64,000 nucleotides of DNA from the NCBI GenBank assembly GCA_000753575.1, contig JRFF01000026.1:64238-128237 (forward strand), written 5' to 3'. This document shows positions 56,206 through 64,000 of this stretch, piece after piece (position 1 is the stretch's first letter; each line of letters starts with the position of its first letter). The notes beneath the pieces are model-generated. The model had not been told where the DNA came from and searched no databases. It was given only the letters and a program-made list of their open reading frames with translations. A program made the position numbers and the translations under genes. The DNA comes from Candidatus Izimoplasma sp. HR2 (GTDB lineage: Bacteria > Bacillota_I > Bacilli_A > Izemoplasmatales > Izemoplasmataceae).

Positions 56206-57201
56206 ATGGCATTATTATCAATTCCAGTTGGATTTTTTGGATACTATTTTAATAAGTTTATTATAAAACATGAGAAAGGAATGTATATTGTTGCATTAGC
56301 ATTTACAATTCTCTCATTATTTTATTTAGATAGTGAACACTTATGGGTGATCAAAGATGGATTTATTGGATTATCTATGTTCATTGTAGTTATGTATACT
56401 GGTGGATTTAAAAGAAACTCAATAATTAATAAGAGACTAAGAACAGTAAGAAAGATTTTTTCTATTATGGGATTTATCTTAATTATTCCTCATGGAGTAA
56501 TATATTTAGTGGATATTTTAAGTGGTGAACTTGAACCAAGTAAAGTAGTTTTATTAGGTTTAATTACTATCGTAGTAATGTTTCCGATATTTGTTATATC
56601 ATTCAAATTTATTAAGAAGAAAATAAATTTAAAAAAATGGACTTATTACCAAAAGTATTCATATATAGCTTACTTCACATTATTCTTACATCTAGTATTA
56701 ATTAATAATGCAAATGCATTATTATATATTGGGATATTTGGCCTTTACTTTGCTTTAAAACTTAAATACTATTTGTTCTTAAATACAAATCTATTTATGA
56801 AATTTGCAGGACTAGTAATTATACTTGGAGGACTATTTGTTGTAAGTGGTGGAATTGAAAGTAATGCTAGTGTTTCAAACATTGGGACTGATTATAGTGA
56901 ATTGTTATTAGTTGATGGAATATACAATGTTTATGAATCTTCTTATTTAGATCATACTGTTATATTACAAGTTACAGTAGAAAATAACACTATATCAAAG
57001 ATAGTAATATTAGATCATGGATCAACCGATCCAAGTAGAAAGCCACAGTATTATGCAGCTGCTGAAGATATGGTAGAATTGATTTTAGAAGCCAATTCAA
57101 CAGATATAGATTCTATTGCAGGATCTACTGAAACAACTGAAGCAATAATCAAAGCAGTTGAACAAGTTATATTATTAGCAACACCAATTGTAACAGAGTA
57201 A
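56206..57201 (+). CDS. Membrane protein with ferric-reductase/MsrQ-like TM domain and C-terminal extracytoplasmic FMN-binding domain
   Basis: AAAGGAG RBS before 56206. About 6 TM segments with conserved His residues. C-terminal DSIAGSTETTEAI resembles the FMN_bind flavinylation motif. Confidence 0.55.
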   Translation: MALLSIPVGFFGYYFNKFIIKHEKGMYIVALAFTILSLFYLDSEHLWVIKDGFIGLSMFIVVMYTGGFKRNSIINKRLRTVRKIFSIMGFILIIPHGVIYLVDILSGELEPSKVVLLGLITIVVMFPIFVISFKFIKKKINLKKWTYYQKYSYIAYFTLFLHLVLINNANALLYIGIFGLYFALKLKYYLFLNTNLFMKFAGLVIILGGLFVVSGGIESNASVSNIGTDYSELLLVDGIYNVYESSYLDHTVILQVTVENNTISKIVILDHGSTDPSRKPQYYAAAEDMVELILEANSTDIDSIAGSTETTEAIIKAVEQVILLATPIVTE

Positions 57202-57229
57202 TTAAAAACACCTCTAATGAGGTGTTTTT

Positions 57230-58222
57230 TTATGCTAATTTTTTATATGATTTTCTACTAATTAATATTTTACTTTTTTCATCATATAGGAACAACGTTG
57301 ATAATTTAAAGCTTTTAAATAGTGTTACAATTCTACCTTTTTTAAATTCTTCAGATGAATGAAATACTTTTTTTAAGTTATAATTAGGAATCTTTGCGTT
57401 TAAGTGATGGATATTGTGGTATCCAATATAACCAGTAAACCAATCAAGTAAGAATGGTAATTTGTATACTGAACTTCCTTGCATAGCAGCATCAGTTACA
57501 CTCCACTTTTCATTGTTTTCCCAATACACTTCCTCGTATTGATGTTGTACATAAAAGAGCCATACTCCCATTGAAGAAGCGAAAAAGATAATAGGTAGTT
57601 GAATCATTAAGTAGTACTTAAATCCAATAGTAAAAGAAACCGTAAGAATAATAGCTAGGATACTAAGGTTAGTAACAATTAAACTAAACCATTCTTTCTT
57701 ACTTGCTTTCCCTGAAGGGAATCTTTGATTAATTAAGAAAATATATAATGGTCCAATAACAAATAGTACTAATGGATTTCTATAAAGTCTATAACCAAAT
57801 CTTTTTAAATGAGATGCATTAGTATATTCATCGACAGTCATTGTCCATACATCTCCAATACCTCTTTTTTCAATATTTCCTACTGTTTTATGATGAGTAA
57901 GATGTTCTCTTTGCCATCTATAAAAAGATGTAAATGTAAGAACTCCAAAGATGTGTCCCCATATACTCATTGCTTTTCTAGAAGTTAAGAATGAATTATG
58001 TGTACAGTCATGAAATAAGATAAATACTCTAACTAAAAATAGTGAAGCTGCTAATGCGGTAAGTAATGTAACTATATAAGGAACATTATATCTAATTAAG
58101 AAATACATTCCTATTACTAGTAATAAATAAGGTATTACTGTATTTATAATTTGTAATGTTGATTTACCTTTTGAAGGCTTTGAATAAGGTTTTATAAACT
58201 TATTTACGTATGCTCTATTCAT
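57230..58222 (-). CDS. Membrane fatty-acid desaturase
   Basis: Three histidine boxes: HDCTH, HLTHH, HNIHH. Confidence 0.9.
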   Translation of the reverse strand: MNRAYVNKFIKPYSKPSKGKSTLQIINTVIPYLLLVIGMYFLIRYNVPYIVTLLTALAASLFLVRVFILFHDCTHNSFLTSRKAMSIWGHIFGVLTFTSFYRWQREHLTHHKTVGNIEKRGIGDVWTMTVDEYTNASHLKRFGYRLYRNPLVLFVIGPLYIFLINQRFPSGKASKKEWFSLIVTNLSILAIILTVSFTIGFKYYLMIQLPIIFFASSMGVWLFYVQHQYEEVYWENNEKWSVTDAAMQGSSVYKLPFLLDWFTGYIGYHNIHHLNAKIPNYNLKKVFHSSEEFKKGRIVTLFKSFKLSTLFLYDEKSKILISRKSYKKLA

Positions 58223-58239
58223 ATGTGACTCCTTTCATA

Positions 58240-58298
58240 TTACTCTATCTGATAAAGTAATGTTAAATCTATTATATTTACTCTGTCTGATAAAGTAA
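58240..58298. repeat. Two direct copies of a 21-nt element with inverted termini in the desaturase leader / divergent promoter region
   Basis: TTACTCTATCTGATAAAGTAA (58240-58260) and TTACTCTGTCTGATAAAGTAA (58278-58298) match at 20/21. The termini TTACT/AGTAA are inverted. Confidence 0.7.
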
Positions 58299-58391
58299 AG
58301 ATTAACACTCATAAATATATTTACCATTTACACATTCAATTCTTAATATATACACAAGTATTAGATATAATGTATATATCGAGGTGATATT

Positions 58392-59345
58392 ATGGAAAAA
58401 TTAACTATATTAATAATTGAAGATGAACCTACAATAAACCGTATAATATCTAACTACTTTGAAAAAGAAAAATACAATGTCTTAAATGCTTATGATGGAC
58501 TAGAAGGTCTTAAAATATTTAAAGATAATAAGGTGGATTTAGTATGTTTAGATATTATGATGCCTAACATTGATGGATGGGAAGTTGCAAAAGAGATTAG
58601 AACCTTTTCAGAAACTCCTATAATTATGATGAGTGCATTATCGACAGAAGAAGATTTACTTAGAGGTTATGAACTGAAAGTAGACGATTATATAACTAAA
58701 CCGTTTAATCCAAAAGTCCTAGTAGCTAAATCAATTAACTTACTTGAAAGAATAAATAAACTAGAACTTAACAAAGAACTTACTGAGATATTAGATATGG
58801 ATGGAATAAAGATTAATATGGCGTCTTACGGCGATAAGAGAAAATTGAATGATTTACTAATTCGAGATGAGTTAACAAAAGTGTATAATAGAAAGTATTT
58901 AGATTTTCAAATCAAAAATATAATGAAAGAATCTATTGAATTCAATTCTATATTTGGAATCCTATTTTTTGATATTGATCACTTTAAAAATGTAAATGAT
59001 ACATATGGACATAATATTGGGGATGAAGTATTAAAAATGGTTTCAAGCACAATTAATAGCAACGTAAGAAATATTGACATTTTAGGTAGATGGGGTGGAG
59101 AAGAGTTTATCGCAATAGTTAGAGTAGATAAAATAAATGAATTAAAAATGATAGCGGAAAAGTTAAGAATTAAAGTTTCTGAATCTACTTATTTAATTGA
59201 TAGTAAAAGAAAAATTTCAGTTACTATTTCAATTGGTGGGACATTATTTGATAAAAATGATGATATTTCAAAACTAATTTCTAGAGCGGATAGTAATATG
59301 TATAATTCAAAGAAAAATGGACGAAATAATGTGACAATTAATTAA
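58392..59345 (+). CDS. Response regulator with REC and GGDEF domains (PleD/WspR-like diguanylate cyclase)
   Basis: REC motifs (EDE...DIMMP..DG...KP), GGEEF with an RNID I-site. Confidence 0.9.
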   Translation: MEKLTILIIEDEPTINRIISNYFEKEKYNVLNAYDGLEGLKIFKDNKVDLVCLDIMMPNIDGWEVAKEIRTFSETPIIMMSALSTEEDLLRGYELKVDDYITKPFNPKVLVAKSINLLERINKLELNKELTEILDMDGIKINMASYGDKRKLNDLLIRDELTKVYNRKYLDFQIKNIMKESIEFNSIFGILFFDIDHFKNVNDTYGHNIGDEVLKMVSSTINSNVRNIDILGRWGGEEFIAIVRVDKINELKMIAEKLRIKVSESTYLIDSKRKISVTISIGGTLFDKNDDISKLISRADSNMYNSKKNGRNNVTIN

Positions 59346-59481
59346 AAAATGTTGTATCTAATTAAAAAGCCTCTTAGATAGAGGTTTTTTATTAGTGAAT
59401 TATGATATAATACAATAAGAAGAGATATGAATATATATATTCAACGTATTTATGTCAAATACTACAAAGGAGGAATAATTA

Positions 59482-62376
59482 ATGAACTTTACTGCTCAAA
59501 ATGCACTACTAGTCAACGCATTATTGTTTATGACAGGTTTTATCATAATGCTTTTTATTATTTTTAGACATAAAAAAAGATTGTCTGGATTAAACAGTTT
59601 TGGATATTATTTCCTCTTAAACTCAATTGGGGCTTTATTAATGTGTTATAGAGATATTGTTCCTTATATATTATCAATAGTTATGGCTAATTATTTTGTT
59701 ATATTAGCAACTATGTTTATGATTACAGGTGTTTCACATTTTTATAATAAAAAAATTCTTTATAAACAATTCTTATTTATATCAATAGTAACAATAGTAG
59801 GTATATACTATTTTACATTTATTGATTTTAATTATGAAATAAGAATGGTTATTTTTGGGGTTATTAATTTCTTACTACATGTCTATTTGTTAAGAATGCT
59901 TTATATAAATCATAAAGAAAAAAATGAAAGATTTGAATTATTAGGTATAATTGTATCTATGTTTATTCTTACTGGTATTTTAAGGGCAATATTATTAGTT
60001 ATTTCACCTACACCAGAAACAATGTTTGAAATAGATAGTTTATCTTCACTGAGTGTTGTTTTACTGGGTATTACTGGCTCACTAATTGTTATAGGAGTAT
60101 TATCTTTAATAAGCAACAAATTAATTAGAGAAGTAAAAGAAGCAAATAATATTATTTCCAACTATATTAATAATTCTCCTGTACCATCTATGGTTCATGC
60201 TGAAGATGGTGAAATGCTTTATATAAGTGAAGTATTTACTGAAATTACAGGTTATAACATAGAAGATATAAGCACAATTGATAAATGGATTAATGTAGCT
60301 TATAAAGAAAAAAGAGCAACAGTTAGAAAAATTATTGACGATCTTTATGAGTTTAAAGATAAGAAGAACAATAATATAATTAATATATATACAAAAGATG
60401 GAAAAATTAGGTTATGGTCTTTTCATTCAACTTATATTGGTAAATTACCAGATGGAAGAAATTGTGCAATGAGTATCGCTGTAGATATTACAGAAAGTAA
60501 AGAAAAAGAGCTTGAAGTACTCAGTCTTCAAGAAGCTAATAAAAAGTTGGTTGAAGCCAATAATGACGCAGTTGATTTAGCAAAACTGTTAGTTTGGAGA
60601 ATGAATGTAGAAGATAAAACTGATGAAAATCAGATTTTTGTAAATGATAAGTACAAAGAGGTTATGGGCTGGGAAACAAGTGAATCTGGAATGCTACCTG
60701 ATAAAGTATTTATTAATAGTATATATAGGGATGAAGAGGGACAACAATCATATGATGAATTTTCTATTCTTAATTCAAAAGTATTTAGTAATGAAATAGA
60801 TGAATATATATTGTATGACTTTAAACATATTCACTCTATTTCTGGAAAAGCTGTATATTTAGAACATCATACTAAAGTTGAAGAACGTTATCCTGATGGA
60901 TCTGTAAGAATTATTGGTGGATATGTAATAGATGTAACTGAAACAAAGAAAGTTAAGGATGCATTACAATTTGAAAGGGAAAAAGCCCAAAAATACCTTG
61001 ATATTATTGGAACAATATTAATTGCTCTAGACAAAGAAGGTAATATTACACTGATCAACAAGAAAGGCTGCGAGATATTAGAAGTAGAAGAAAATGAAAC
61101 ATTAGGTAAAAACTGGTTTGATAATTTTATTCCAGGAGAAATAAATCAAGAAATCAAACAAGTATTTAAAGATGTTTTCACATCTGATAGTGAGTTCCCA
61201 ACTCATTATGAAAATAATGTAGTTACTTCAAGTGGAAAGAAAATTGCCATTAGTTGGTATAACTCTGTATATCTTGATATGAAAGGAAATATTGCTGGAA
61301 TTATAAGTTCTGGTGAAGATATAACTGAAAAACTAAAATACGAGGAAAACTTAAGACAAATGGGGTATCATGATGCTTTAACTGGATTGTATAATAGAAG
61401 ATATTATGAAGAGAAACTAATAGAATTAGATATTGAAGATAATTTCCCTATTACTATCGCAATGGGTGATATTAATGGACTTAAACTAATTAATGATGCT
61501 TTTGGTCATGATGCTGGTGATGACTTACTAGTTTCTGCTGCGAAAATTGTTTCTGAAACATGTAGAGAAACAGATTTAGTCGCTAGAATTGGTGGAGATG
61601 AATTTGTTGTAATTATGCCAAGAACAGGTGAAGAAGAAGCTGAAAAAATTATAGGTTTAATTCATGAAAAATCAAAATCAATAAATATTGAATCTATTCA
61701 ATTATCGATATCTTTTGGTATCAAAACAAAAGTTGAAAGTAGTGAGGATATTCAAGAAATTTATAGAAGTGCTGAAGATTTAATGTATCGAGAAAAATTA
61801 TTAGAGATTCCTTCAATGAGAAGTGGAGCAATAGAAACTATTCTTAATACATTATATGAAAAAGATAAGAATTCAGAAATACATTCAAGAACAGTGTCGT
61901 TACTTAGTGAAAAAATCGCTAAGGCTTATGGAATGAGTAGACAAGATATTGCGGAAGTTAAAACTGCTGGATTGCTTCATGATATAGGTAAAATAATTAT
62001 ATCCTTAGAAATTATTAATAAAGAAGGTAAACTATCAGCTTCTGAATTTACAACTATAAAAACACATTCTGAGATTGGATTTAGAATATTAAATTCAACA
62101 TCTGATATGAGAAGTATTTCAAATATCGTCTTATGTCACCATGAAAGGTGGGATGGTGGAGGCTATCCAAGAGGTATTAGTGGTGATGATATACCAGTAA
62201 AATCTAGAATTATTGCAATCGCTGACGCATATGATGCTATGACAAGTGAAAGAACTTATCGAGATATAGTTACTAACGAAGAAGCTTTAAAAGAAATTAT
62301 TGCTAATGCAGGGACTCAGTTTGATCCAGATTTAGCTAAAGTATTTGAAAAACATTTTAAAGACATAACTATGTAA
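59482..62376 (+). CDS. Membrane sensor with PAS domains, GGDEF and HD-GYP domains (paralog of 37905-40340)
   Basis: Multi-TM N-terminus, PAS regions, IGGDEF with an RETD I-site, LLHDIGK, HHERWDGGGYPRG. Confidence 0.9.
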   Translation: MNFTAQNALLVNALLFMTGFIIMLFIIFRHKKRLSGLNSFGYYFLLNSIGALLMCYRDIVPYILSIVMANYFVILATMFMITGVSHFYNKKILYKQFLFISIVTIVGIYYFTFIDFNYEIRMVIFGVINFLLHVYLLRMLYINHKEKNERFELLGIIVSMFILTGILRAILLVISPTPETMFEIDSLSSLSVVLLGITGSLIVIGVLSLISNKLIREVKEANNIISNYINNSPVPSMVHAEDGEMLYISEVFTEITGYNIEDISTIDKWINVAYKEKRATVRKIIDDLYEFKDKKNNNIINIYTKDGKIRLWSFHSTYIGKLPDGRNCAMSIAVDITESKEKELEVLSLQEANKKLVEANNDAVDLAKLLVWRMNVEDKTDENQIFVNDKYKEVMGWETSESGMLPDKVFINSIYRDEEGQQSYDEFSILNSKVFSNEIDEYILYDFKHIHSISGKAVYLEHHTKVEERYPDGSVRIIGGYVIDVTETKKVKDALQFEREKAQKYLDIIGTILIALDKEGNITLINKKGCEILEVEENETLGKNWFDNFIPGEINQEIKQVFKDVFTSDSEFPTHYENNVVTSSGKKIAISWYNSVYLDMKGNIAGIISSGEDITEKLKYEENLRQMGYHDALTGLYNRRYYEEKLIELDIEDNFPITIAMGDINGLKLINDAFGHDAGDDLLVSAAKIVSETCRETDLVARIGGDEFVVIMPRTGEEEAEKIIGLIHEKSKSINIESIQLSISFGIKTKVESSEDIQEIYRSAEDLMYREKLLEIPSMRSGAIETILNTLYEKDKNSEIHSRTVSLLSEKIAKAYGMSRQDIAEVKTAGLLHDIGKIIISLEIINKEGKLSASEFTTIKTHSEIGFRILNSTSDMRSISNIVLCHHERWDGGGYPRGISGDDIPVKSRIIAIADAYDAMTSERTYRDIVTNEEALKEIIANAGTQFDPDLAKVFEKHFKDITM

Positions 62377-62485
62377 TAAATTAATGAAGATTGATAAATT
62401 CAATCTTCTTTTAATACTATTGATATACATGATATAATAGATACAGAGAATTTGTATAAAACATTTTAAAAGAGAGGAACTACTT

Positions 62486-63838
62486 ATGAAAATATTAATT
62501 AAAAACGCGAAAGCAATTATTACTATGAATGATAATAATGATGTATTATTTAATCATAATTTGTTAATTCAAGATAACAAAATTGAATATATAGGAAAAG
62601 AGTTAAAAGAAGCTGATAAAATAATTGATGCAAAGGATATGTATATATATCCAGGATTAATTAATACACATCATCATTTATATCAAACATTTACTAGAAA
62701 CTTACCTGAAGTTCAAAATATGGAATTATTCCCATGGCTTAAATATTTATATGAAATTTGGAAACACTTAGATGATGAAGTTATCTATTTAAGTTCACTA
62801 GTAGGAATGGGAGAATTAGTTAAGTATGGTTGTACAACTGTATTTGATCATCATTATGTGTTTAGAAGTGATACTGAATGTGATTTTATTAGTGTTCAAA
62901 TGAAAGCCGCAAAAGATCTAGGAGTAAGATTCCACGCATCACGTGGAAGTATGTCTTTAGGTGTTGATGACGGTGGATTACCTCCGATGAGTGTTGTTGA
63001 AAGTTTAGAAGAAATTATTAAAGATAGTGAAAGATTAATTAAGATATTTCATGATACTTCTAAGTATTCTATGAATCAAATAGTTTTAGCTCCTTGTTCA
63101 CCATTTAGTGTAAGTGATGAACTAATGGTTGAGAGTGCTAAATTAGCTCGTAAATATGGAGTTAAATTACATACCCATTTAGGTGAAACATTAGATGAAG
63201 AAGATTACTGTTTAGAAACTTCAAAAGAAAGACCACTTGCTTATATGGAAAGATTAGGATGGATAGGAGAAGATGTCTTCTTTGCTCATGGTATTCATTT
63301 TAATGATGAAGAATTAAAAAGACTAAGTGATACAAAAACAGGTGTGGCACATTGCCCAGTTTCAAATCAAAAGTTATCAAGTGGAATTGCTAGAATTAGT
63401 GAAATGGTTAAATTAAATATTCCTGTAGGACTCGCGGTTGACGGTAGTGCTTCAAATGACGGATCTAATTTACTTGCTGAATTACGTGCAGGTTACTTAC
63501 TTCAAAGACTAAGATATAGTAATGATGCGATAACTCCTGAAGGTATGTTAAGAATAGCAACACGTGGTGGTGCTAAAATACTAGGCAGAAAAGATATAGG
63601 ATATTTAGAAAAAGGTATGGCTGCTGATATGTTTGTGTTAGATACTACTAGATTACAGTATGTAGGCACAAATAAAGACCCTATAGCGCTTTTAGCGACT
63701 GTAGGGGTAAATCATCCAGTAGACTATACAATCATTAATGGTAAAATTATAGTGCAAGATGGAGAAATTAAAACAATTGATGAAAATAAGATTGTTAAAG
63801 AAGCAAATATTAAATTTGAAGAATTTATCAATATGTGA
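62486..63838 (+). CDS. Amidohydrolase-superfamily deaminase (8-oxoguanine deaminase / SsnA-like)
   Basis: INTHHHLYQT metal-binding motif, HTHLGE, AHG.H and VDGSASND motifs. Confidence 0.7.
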   Translation: MKILIKNAKAIITMNDNNDVLFNHNLLIQDNKIEYIGKELKEADKIIDAKDMYIYPGLINTHHHLYQTFTRNLPEVQNMELFPWLKYLYEIWKHLDDEVIYLSSLVGMGELVKYGCTTVFDHHYVFRSDTECDFISVQMKAAKDLGVRFHASRGSMSLGVDDGGLPPMSVVESLEEIIKDSERLIKIFHDTSKYSMNQIVLAPCSPFSVSDELMVESAKLARKYGVKLHTHLGETLDEEDYCLETSKERPLAYMERLGWIGEDVFFAHGIHFNDEELKRLSDTKTGVAHCPVSNQKLSSGIARISEMVKLNIPVGLAVDGSASNDGSNLLAELRAGYLLQRLRYSNDAITPEGMLRIATRGGAKILGRKDIGYLEKGMAADMFVLDTTRLQYVGTNKDPIALLATVGVNHPVDYTIINGKIIVQDGEIKTIDENKIVKEANIKFEEFINM

Positions 63839-63889
63839 TAATGTATTAAAGGATTAGAAGATATTAATTAATAAGAGGAGAAGTATATT

Positions 63890-64000
63890 ATGAGATTCAT
63901 AACTGATAAATTAAGTGTTCCAAACGCATTATCAATGTATGTAGTTTTATTACTTACTACATTTTTAGTTCCTGATCAAGTTATTGATTATAGTTACTTT
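63890..64000 (+). CDS. Start of a putative membrane/permease gene (3' end outside window)
   Basis: AAGAGGAG RBS, ATG at 63890, open to the window end. A hydrophobic segment YVVLLLTTFLV follows. Confidence 0.35.
   Translation, partial: MRFITDKLSVPNALSMYVVLLLTTFLVPDQVIDYSYF

Overview
This is an AT-rich, low-GC Bacillota-type chromosome segment. It has Bacillus-like core synteny (gpmI, eno ... secG, rnr, smpB, ssrA) and almost all genes lie on the + strand.

- **1-21 kb:** a GH3 + GH94 beta-glucan/sophorose module, ung, a THF riboswitch with folT, a GH13 enzyme, glycolytic genes, a membrane GGDEF cyclase, an MFS/PadR pair, a CaCA exchanger, and the secG-rnr-smpB-tmRNA block.
- **21.4-40.4 kb (directly 3' of ssrA):** a string of small cargo modules. 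They are an esterase, a DUF4386 + oxidoreductase pair, a lone Fic gene, a 11-kb cobalamin-riboswitch-controlled B12 uptake/salvage operon, and a PAS-GGDEF-HD-GYP gene. Each module ends in a GC-rich, degenerate copy of the tmRNA 3' end, and one copy carries an exact 14-mer. No integrase is visible. I read this as an integrase-less island accretion zone at ssrA.
- **40.5-44 kb:** a GH114-like lipoprotein, a TetR + membrane pair, and an orphan RsmH-like methyltransferase.
- **44.2-54.5 kb:** a complete LacI-controlled bacterial microcompartment (BMC) locus of the sugar-phosphate/DeoC type. It encodes 1 BMC-T, 3 BMC-H, 3 BMC-P, acylating aldehyde dehydrogenase, DeoC, TpiA, RpiB, an EutD-like Pta and a PduS-like Fe-S flavoprotein. 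Four proteins carry encapsulation-peptide-like N-termini. There is no alcohol dehydrogenase.
- **54.6-64 kb:** a deoxynucleoside kinase, an FMN-binding membrane protein, a fatty-acid desaturase with a duplicated 21-nt element in its leader, a REC-GGDEF regulator, a second PAS-GGDEF-HD-GYP paralog and an amidohydrolase.

No CRISPR array, rRNA, canonical tRNA, transposase or integrase was recognised. All family calls come from reading motifs by eye; no searches were run.
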